Assembly: GCA_023231475.1 (NCBI GenBank)
Contig: JALJEE010001840.1
Location: forward strand, 62,001-83,358
Length of the DNA stretch: 21,358 bases
Source of the DNA: Seison nebaliae
Lineage: Eukaryota
Direction of reading: 5' to 3'
Under the pieces are notes generated by a model. That model did not search any database and was not told where the DNA came from. It was given only the letters and a program-made list of their open reading frames with translations. A program made the position numbers and the translations under genes. Positions 11,141 to 19,264 of the stretch are shown one piece after another. Within the stretch, counting starts at the first letter, position 1. The number at the start of each line of letters is the position of its first letter.

Positions 11141-13783
11141 CTATTGGTCAAAATGAAGAATATTTGAAGACTTTTCAAAAAATTCCAAAGGATCCTTCTT
11201 CGTAATTGGGAATCGACATTTCTTCTCCAAATCTTCAACTAATTTGGACGGTTTGGTTGAATTCGAATCTTTATTTTGCACATTTCTATAATCTTTTAAA
11301 TAGTTGGACGATTCTTGATGAGTTAACCATAATTGGAAAGAATTAACCAAATCTTCAGGTTTCGTTTGTGTTTCGGTAAACTGTTGGAAGGATTCTGTTT
11401 CTTTTTCATTAAAATTCTTCATCATTAAACCTTTACATTTTGATAAAAGGGGATAATTCTTCTCATTCAAATCATTCTCATCATCAATAAATTCCTGATT
11501 CTTTAAATTATAATTATCAATCGCTTTATTAAATCTGGAAATTAGACGATGCTTCAATTCTTGTTGTTCAATCTCACTCAAATTATCATCAGTTTCCTCA
11601 TTTTCTCCAGAAGGCGTCACTTCCATTTTATCGTCATCAGTTGTATTTTCTTCTTTACAATTAGCTGTTACTGGTCGAATTAAATGTTTGAAAATTGTTT
11701 TCCAACTTTGAGTTCGATTCAAATTAATTCTGGATTGAACACGCGAACTCCTTCGAATTTGTTGGACAACATCGTTATTCGAATGATATAGTGCTAATCG
11801 TTCACAACGTTTCTCCGAATTCATAAAGAAATAAATTTGATTTGTTGGTGGCATGGAGGAAGGGAGCATTGCACTTACATCCTCAACTTTTCCATGAGCA
11901 TGAATTGAATGTTGATCAAAAGTATTTTTTGTTTGGAACTTTCGACCACATTTACTACATGTAAATCGATGTTGCTCCGTATAATTTCTTATATAATTCT
12001 TATTCTTTTCGCATCGTGCTATTTCACTAAATTGACGATTATCGAAATTAGCTAAATCCGAATTGTGATCATGGGAATAGACAGTAGATTTCCCAATGGG
12101 AATACGAATTCCACCATAATACTTCCAGTATTTGATACAAGTCAAACAAATCATCTTAATATCATTATTTCCATTGATCAAGAACGGATGTTGTTCTTGA
12201 CTTAGCTCGGAAGATGAATGATGAACCTTTTGACTTATCATATTCAGAAGATGATGAGGACAATTGTACCATGTACCACGTTCAACACACAATTTACAAA
12301 TGAGACAACTATATTTTTGATTGAAAGGAATTGGATTGAAATTTTGACAATGTTGTTCTGGAATAAAAATTTGTTTAAGTTTTCCTTCTTTATTCTTCGA
12401 TTTCCGATGTTTCATTTCAGCATAATGATTCGTCGTTTTCCATAAATAATAATATTCGATAATTGATCTCAACGATTTCCATGGAAGAACATCATTTCTT
12501 ATGGAGAAGAATTCCTTCTTGTAACGTTCAACAGCATCTTCAAATAAATTAGTTTCCCAAATCGACCACGCTTCCAACTCGTCGTGGAATAATCTTGGAC
12601 CAGTTTTAGGAATGAGAATCTTGATCATCTTTTCCACATCATATTCCGCCAAATGTAATATATCATATGTTCGATTTAGAGTTAAATCACGTGAAGCTGC
12701 CGCCAAAGTGAAAGAGGCTGTTGGCAATAAAGGAAATTCACCCGTTGTGTTCACATAAGTCGTTCCATTAGATATTTGTTGTTCACTTTCAACATCATTC
12801 ACTCGAATTCGACAATTCTCTTGTTTCTCTTCTTCTTTCATTTTGACTGATAAGACATGTTGATCCAATGTCTTCTTATTAACCATTTGACTCAAATGAG
12901 TAGTGTCAATAGCTCGTGCATACATACCAATCGACTTTCCTAACATTACACAACGATCGACATGCATATCACTACAATTGTCAGGTTGATCCCAAACCAA
13001 TGTACTAGGATGATATAGTGCATTGCGATAATGTTCCATTTCATCATCTGCATACATTTCAGGGATCTCTGCTTGATATTTCGGTCCAACACGAATTTCA
13101 GATCGATCATTAACTAATGTTTTTAAATGTGGATCATATGTCAATTGAGTGAAGAAAACATGTTGACGATGATCGGATTGCTTAATATGAGGCAGGGGAG
13201 TGCGAATATCAACGAAATCCCAAAGCGATTCCTCGTCATCCAAAGTGAGAACTTGGCATTTCCCTTTTATTCCATCGACTGGTAGACATTGTGATTCACG
13301 ATTGTGAAAAAGTTCTCTGTGTTTCACTTGATATTTTGTTAACTTATCCATATACTTTCTCAAATGAAACGTTTGTTCTTCTTTCTCATCTTTCATCCAC
13401 GATGGAAGTGATCGAATCTTCTCTTCATCATAATCATCCAATTCCTTCTTAATCTCTTCCGTCACATCAAGTACTTTCGATACAGAAATATAATTACCAA
13501 ATATTTGTTTATCTGCATTATTCAATAGTGTTTGAGATAATTCTTCTCGTCTCAAATAAAATGTCAATCTCACTTCATTTGGACCGTTTGAACTTTTTAA
13601 CAGCTCTTCAATTTTACAAATCTTATAAGGTGTAATTGGCGACTCTTCGTAATAAGCGAAATCTCCAATTTTATAAACATTTTCAAATGATTTCTGATTA
13701 TGCTGTTGAGATGGATGATGATGTGACATATTGTTATGATTAGATTGAGGATGCACACCATTATTCAATTCATTCGTTGTCAT
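11141..13783 (-). CDS. MTA1: Metastasis-associated protein (MTA family, NuRD subunit), 880 aa, intronless
   Basis: BAH (YKIGDFAYYE...KIEEL...KHRELF...IKGKC), ELM2 (EIRVGPKYQAEIP, AAASRDLTL), SANT (ELEAWS...LFEDAVERYKKEF...LPWKSLRSIIEYYYLWKTT), degenerate GATA finger (C..C...WY...CLTCIKYWKYYGG) and a C2H2 finger (CSKCGRKF...HSIHAH). Confidence 0.93.
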   Translation of the reverse strand: MTTNELNNGVHPQSNHNNMSHHHPSQQHNQKSFENVYKIGDFAYYEESPITPYKICKIEELLKSSNGPNEVRLTFYLRREELSQTLLNNADKQIFGNYISVSKVLDVTEEIKKELDDYDEEKIRSLPSWMKDEKEEQTFHLRKYMDKLTKYQVKHRELFHNRESQCLPVDGIKGKCQVLTLDDEESLWDFVDIRTPLPHIKQSDHRQHVFFTQLTYDPHLKTLVNDRSEIRVGPKYQAEIPEMYADDEMEHYRNALYHPSTLVWDQPDNCSDMHVDRCVMLGKSIGMYARAIDTTHLSQMVNKKTLDQHVLSVKMKEEEKQENCRIRVNDVESEQQISNGTTYVNTTGEFPLLPTASFTLAAASRDLTLNRTYDILHLAEYDVEKMIKILIPKTGPRLFHDELEAWSIWETNLFEDAVERYKKEFFSIRNDVLPWKSLRSIIEYYYLWKTTNHYAEMKHRKSKNKEGKLKQIFIPEQHCQNFNPIPFNQKYSCLICKLCVERGTWYNCPHHLLNMISQKVHHSSSELSQEQHPFLINGNNDIKMICLTCIKYWKYYGGIRIPIGKSTVYSHDHNSDLANFDNRQFSEIARCEKNKNYIRNYTEQHRFTCSKCGRKFQTKNTFDQHSIHAHGKVEDVSAMLPSSMPPTNQIYFFMNSEKRCERLALYHSNNDVVQQIRRSSRVQSRINLNRTQSWKTIFKHLIRPVTANCKEENTTDDDKMEVTPSGENEETDDNLSEIEQQELKHRLISRFNKAIDNYNLKNQEFIDDENDLNEKNYPLLSKCKGLMMKNFNEKETESFQQFTETQTKPEDLVNSFQLWLTHQESSNYLKDYRNVQNKDSNSTKPSKLVEDLEKKCRFPITKKDPLEFFEKSSNILHFDQ

Positions 13784-14249
13784 ATTATCTTCTCTAATTA
13801 AAATAATAATTTATTGGACAAATGGTAATGATTTTGAAAGATTTAAAGATATTTCTTTAAATTCCCTTTTCTTAATTTCCCTTTCACCAGATTTAGTTCA
13901 AAGAATATAAAGATTTCAAACGGCCGATGTACAAGAAAAATGGAAAACTAAATATTCTTCATATTTCCATCTCTTCTTTTCATGACTTGCTCATTTGTCT
14001 CAAATCACCCTTTTTGTAAAAGTTAAGCGTCGTTAATCGACAAAGCTTATAATCACCGGCACTTCAATTTTACACAAAATAAAACATTCTTTATATAAAT
14101 AACTTCAATTTATCATAGAGATAATGAATTAATGGATTGTTTTAGTTCATTTCCTTCTCAGCAAGGTAAAGATCTATTTTTTTCTCAAAAGTCAAAACTT
14201 TCCTGTTTTCCTCTTTTCCTTATCTATTTTCTCCTTTCTTTCATTACTA

Positions 14250-14627
14250 ATGTTTCCACTCTTTTTGATATTAATCTTCCATCCGCTATCTACTTTCAAT
14301 CCTTTTGAATCAATTGCTAGATCAGATACATCAGTCAACGAATTAAACAAAAATCTTAAATATCCTATTACTCCAATTGACACGAAAGCCATTCCCGTTA
14401 AAGTAAATTTCGAAGGTTCAAAACAAGTCTATCACATGATCAAAGATCGTCCATTTCGAGATATCGTTGTAGACCGCAATAATTCTGAAGCATTACCTGA
14501 AGAAAACAGAGCTCTTAGTTCAAATAGCTCTTATCAAAGAAATTTCGAAGAAAAGTCGAAAGATGATGTTGAACTTTTTTTTATTCAACCTGAAATTGCA
14601 ACAAGTAACATCTCTTTAGATCATTGA
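14250..14627 (+). CDS. Hypothetical protein (125-aa ORF; the 5' part may be intronic, with the true exon starting near 14321)
   Basis: ORF has coding-like composition after about 14321. It is preceded by a long AG-free pyrimidine-rich tract ending ttgctag. No homology recognised. Confidence 0.4.
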   Translation: MFPLFLILIFHPLSTFNPFESIARSDTSVNELNKNLKYPITPIDTKAIPVKVNFEGSKQVYHMIKDRPFRDIVVDRNNSEALPEENRALSSNSSYQRNFEEKSKDDVELFFIQPEIATSNISLDH

Positions 14628-14677
14628 AAGGAAATAATTTTCAATATAAATTTTTTAGAACAATTTTTTGAGGTTTA

Positions 14678-15119
14678 TTATCTTAAGAAATAAATGAGTA
14701 AAATAAATGAAGAAACTAAAAATTTTATGGTAGGTGAATTAATCGATGAATGATTGCAATAAGAAGAGGTGCAACAAAAAAATTCTTGAGATTTGCCTAA
14801 AGTCGTTCCACTTCTTTCCACACAACTTTCCGAACAATGTCGTTTAAAATGAAAGGAACCATCTGGATGATAAGTTACATCTTTCTAAATAAGATAGAAA
14901 TGAATTATAAAAACAATAAGTCTCATTTAGAAGATGAATAACAGAACAATAGTTGTTACAATTAACGACATTGATTTGAGGACGATTGTTCTTGTAAGCT
15001 GCTATGACTCGTCCGTCTGCACATTCGATTTGTGATGTACTATCACATTCGTAACATTTTAATGTATTGAGAAATGGAAGTTGATGAGAAAGCAAAAGAA
15101 ATAGAACAAGTATCATCAT
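14678..15119 (-). CDS. Ly6/uPAR three-finger protein, probably GPI-anchored (127 aa); exons 15119-14943, 14884-14678
   Basis: Signal peptide, then LKCYEC...C...CNNYC...RHCSESC...CCTSSYCN (10 Cys, terminal CCxxxxCN), then a hydrophobic C-terminal tail. One 58-nt intron at 14885-14942. Confidence 0.88.
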
Positions 15120-15380
15120 TCTGAATTGTCTAAACAAAATAACAATAAGTTCCAATTCAATACAATAGACAATCATGTGGGAAGTACCGGTTCGAGATAA
15201 GAATATGAACACAGTACCAATGTGCGATACATTGTTTACTGAATCAATATTTGACAATTTTAATTTATTCAAAATAATTAGTTCAAAATATTCAGTCAGA
15301 ATAAAAATGATTTCTTATTAATTATTTCATCATCTTATCTCAATATTCAATGTTATTATTCCACCTTTCTCTTATCTTTA

Positions 15381-15764
15381 TCATTGAACGTTACAATTTT
15401 TTTGATTCTTCTTTTCCTCCTCGATTTTCTTCTCAATTCTCGATAACTTTTGGAGAACCTTAAACAAATAAAGAAAAAAGTTTAGTGATAATAATAGAAA
15501 AGGTTAACGGTTCTGTTTGAAGGAAAAGTTTTGGACAATAATCGTGAATATACCAATCTGCCATTGACAAAAATTTCAAACGAATGCCGACTTGAGATAT
15601 ATCCGACAATGTTCACATTCTCAAATCTTTCTTCTATGAAACATTTCAATCGTACAAATGTTTTATAGTATATTTCACTTAAATTATTAGTGAGTAGAAA
15701 ATTATGAAGAAAATGATTAAGATGAAAGATATAGAAATAACTCTAGTTCAATTTCAATATTCAT
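15381..15764 (-). CDS. MIEN1: MIEN1/SelW-like Rdx-family protein with C-terminal CaaX (89 aa); exons 15764-15742, 15677-15509, 15458-15381
   Basis: Not in the ORF track. Spliced product MNIEIELDEIYYKTFVRLKCFIEERFENVNIVGYISSRHSFEIFVNGRLVYSRLLSKTFPSNRTVLQKLSRIEKKIEEEKKNQKNCNVQ* carries the Rdx signature FEIxVNGxLVxSxL...FP and ends in CNVQ, like the CVIL of MIEN1. Confidence 0.75.
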
Positions 15765-16444
15765 ATCTCGCAAACTCGTCCAAATTGAGCGAATGAATGA
15801 AAATTTGTTTTTCTTAGGTTAGATTTCTTATACTGAAAATGTCATTGTTAATTCTTTGTGTTTAACAACAGTTCAATTCTATCCCAAAGTAATTCCATCT
15901 ATTTATTTATATTCGTTACATATTTACATATTTGACTTCAACAGTTGAAAAGCAATCATTAATTGTAATGACTTGTGAATAACCTCAGGAATGAAAAAAA
16001 TATGTTCTGAAAAATGTAGAATTTTTTTCGTTACATAAAACCGAACATAAGAAAGAGATTTCCGTCAACGTCTAATGTATAACTTCAATTTTTCAATTAA
16101 GATGTTAGTTATTCCTTTCGCTTTTATCTTATGGACATCACGTCAATCTAGGAAGGAATAGAGAAGATCAATTATTTATTTTAAAATCAAACAATAATCA
16201 TTAGAACTCTAAAAAGGAATTTGTTAATTATTAAAACTGTACTGAAAGAAATTGTACAGTAAATTAAAATATAATAAGATATACTCTGTAAATAATGGTT
16301 TGTATTGAGTGCAATATAAAGTTAACAATATTTATTAATCAAATAATCAACTAAACAAAGAATGAAGAGAAATTGTGAGTTTGTAATAAAATGAAAGGAA
16401 GGTAAATTATTTTAAATTTGAATAACACAGGAATTTGTTGAAAA

Positions 16445-17286
16445 TTAAACATCGAAACATATTGTGCGATCACTGTGAGCCTAAAAGCGAAAAGTTTTAT
16501 GAAAAGAAAAATATGAAGTTCTTATTATAACTTTAAAATTGATCTGTTTACAATCTACTTCGCAAACAGTTCTCCAACATTGTGCGATGGCGCGAATGGT
16601 TTCTACGTCTTTTGTATTTAGCCACATAGCCAATCGTGTTTTCGAACGCTTTTTCGCAAATAGTCCACAAATAAATTGAGTATATTCATCAAACTGATGA
16701 CCAATTAGAGCTAATAACTAAACAAACGACAGTGAAAGATGTTCGAGTGATAGTTAGAAAATAATAACCGAATGTCGCCACCAAACGTCAAACAATTGGG
16801 GTGTTGTCAATAAGTTTGCTTCCATAACACCTCCTTGTCGATTTTCTGGTTTTTCATAAATCGGCTGAATTCCACTGCGGAAAAACATATAATCATGAGA
16901 ATATGGTAATTGGGATGGAACAGGTAAATGCTTGAAAACTCTAAAAGTAAAAAATAATTCTCATGTTTTGAGGAGGAAAGACGAAAGGAAACGTCCAGAA
17001 ATCTTCAACATATTGAACGGATGCTAATTCTAGAATGTTTTCGTCCCAACTTGCCGAATTCAACGATGAATTATAGTACCAGAATGTCCATCGATAAGTA
17101 AGTGGATGATAATTTTGTACACGTCTGAAACTAATTGGTTGATTTTCTCTTTCCTTCGGATACCCGTATGTCGAGATTAGAAATATATGTAAACAGGAAT
17201 ATATTGAGAATAGATTCAACTTTAATAGAGACCTCATTCTGTGTTTCACTGATTGGAGTCTTATATTCTGGCTCTTCCATAGTCAT
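16445..17286 (-). CDS. EIF4E: eIF4E-family cap-binding protein, divergent (about 206 aa); exons 17286-17221, 17153-16993, 16940-16769, 16717-16532, 16480-16445
   Basis: Motifs HPLTYRWTFWY, SWDEN, VEDFW, DYMFFRSGIQPIYE..ENRQGG, DVWW..LLALIGHQF, ICG, RLAMW and FKAH. The first exon is tentative; an unspliced in-frame ATG at about 17237 is an alternative. Confidence 0.9.
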
Positions 17287-17780
17287 TGTAATAATTTACT
17301 GAAAGTATCTTGAGAATAATGAAAATTTGATAAATTCCGGATTATAGAATATGTCTGTTCAAATTACATAAAATCATTTTATGTAAAAAAATAAAAAGAA
17401 ATATTTTGAAGAAATTAATTTTTTCAAAATTTTCCTACTCTGATATAACGCTTCAAAAAATATACTATACATACTTTTAAATTTTAAAAAACGTATATGT
17501 AAAAAAAACTTTTGGCATGTCTTTTTCAATTTAAAGGAAAGAAAATTGAAAGAAATTTAATGATTCCGAATTTAGAAATTCGCAAAAATGTAAAGAGAAG
17601 AATAGAATGTTTAGCCGAAAAGTTTATTAACGAGAACTTTTAAAAGTGTAATTTAATATAATAAAAATGCTCCATGAAACATTTTGTATGAAAACATCGG
17701 CTTAAATTTAAGATAATTTTATAATGACCTAATGACACTGAAGGAGTTTTAGAAAATTATTGATGTAAAATATCAACAAT

Positions 17781-17794
17781 GTTACTAAGACAAC
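17781..17794 (+). promoter_or_regulatory. X-box (RFX binding site) upstream of BBS5
   Basis: GTTACT-AA-GACAAC fits RYYNYY-N(1-3)-RRNRAC and ends about 60 nt before the BBS5 ATG. BBS genes are established RFX/DAF-19 targets. Confidence 0.7.
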
Positions 17795-17853
17795 TTTACC
17801 GACAGCTAAGTGTTAAGTATCACTGGTGAATTTCCAATAATTAATTGTGGTTG

Positions 17854-19264
17854 ATGACTTTCATTGAATTATGGCAAGATCGTGATTTGAGATTCGATCG
17901 ATCGGTCAAGTTTATTTTGAGAAAAAGTCAGTTGAATGACCTAATATAATTCGTAATAGAGAAATCAAATGCCGAACAGGAGAGTTTATTTTGGATACCT
18001 TAAAATCGGTGGAGGATCATCAAGGCAATTCTGGAGAAGAAGGTCTTAACATTCTTACTAAAATTATTATTCATAAAAATTAATCTCTTTTTTAGGTAGT
18101 TTGGTGGTGAGTAGTCTCCGACTAATTTGGTTTTCAAAAAAAGACCAAAAAATTAATTTATGTTATTCTTACGAAGTTGTTTGTGAAATTTTATTACTCT
18201 GTAGCTATTGGTTATAATACAATGATTAGTATGAGTGTCAAAAAGATGGAATCGGTTCGATAGTCAATTTTTCTGATTTTTAATAGTTTATTTATTTTTA
18301 TTTATAGAAAATTCGAGGTTCTTCCGAATCGTTGTATATTATGTGCAAACTAGGAGAGACAAAATATGAATTTACTTTTATTAATTTGGAAGAAGGATCT
18401 CCAAGAATCTTTACTTCTGTTATGTCCGTATTCAAGTTCACTTTTAATGTTTCGAAAAAGATTACTGAAATGTCTTTTGGAAGATCTTATGAATCGAGTA
18501 AATTATATCGAGAAATTAAACTACGATCTGCACTTTTTTATGAAGGACAATTGAATTTATTACCCGATGAAGAAATTTCAAATTCCGTTAGTGGTGTGTG
18601 GAATTTAGCGAATGAAGAAGTTTGAGAACTTTATAAAATTTAACGGAAAAATTCATTCATATACAGGGCAATTTAGGAAAATTTTATATAACCAATATTC
18701 GTATCATTTGGCATGCTGATCATTCTACAGAATTCAACGTCAGTTTGCCATATATTCAAATTTCCAATATTCGTATTCGACAATGTAAATTCGGAAAAGC
18801 GTTGGTAATCGAATCGTTTGTTAGTGAATAATTTTCTATATTCAATTATATTTCCATTAAATTAGCGTCGTCGTTACGTTTTAGGATTTCGAATTGATCC
18901 AATCGAGAAATTAACAAATATTTGTAAGGAGCAAACCAAATTACTAGAAGCATTTCATACATCTCCGATGTTCGGCATAAAGGTTGATTTCAGTGGAGAT
19001 AAAGACGTCGAACTACCACAATGGACGGAAGAGTTAGATGAAGATATTGAGATTGATGAAAAAAAGATGAAATCAGATGCAATAGCGGTTTTCATTTCCT
19101 TTTAAAATGAAAAGTTTCTAATGGAAATAATTAATTGTTAGTCGTATATTACCAATGATTCAACATCCAACACTAAAACACCAGTTTATTGCGAAGAATT
19201 AGGTGTCACTATACAGCAATTGAAAGAAGGATATACAATTGAACAAATTCTACAAATTCTCTGA
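17854..19264 (+). CDS. BBS5: Bardet-Biedl syndrome 5 protein (BBSome), about 338 aa, 9 exons: 17854-17909, 17960-18042, 18096-18161, 18205-18254, 18308-18435, 18484-18619, 18667-18819, 18866-19087, 19142-19264
   Basis: [100 protein letters not shown] and EELG..LKEGYT follow BBS5 colinearly along its full length. Confidence 0.96.

Noticed and set aside
144..14392. Short antisense ORF-track entries (144-335, 3171-3491, 7628-7822, 7674-7871, 8717-8917, 12218-12445, 14192-14392)
   Set aside because: These are shadows of real opposite-strand CDSs. The poly-His in 3171-3491 is just the complement of the ATG3 poly-Asp run.
15675..15677. TGA immediately after the acceptor in the MIEN1-like gene as a possible selenocysteine codon
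   Set aside because: It is out of frame with the Rdx motif, and that frame hits TAA four codons later.
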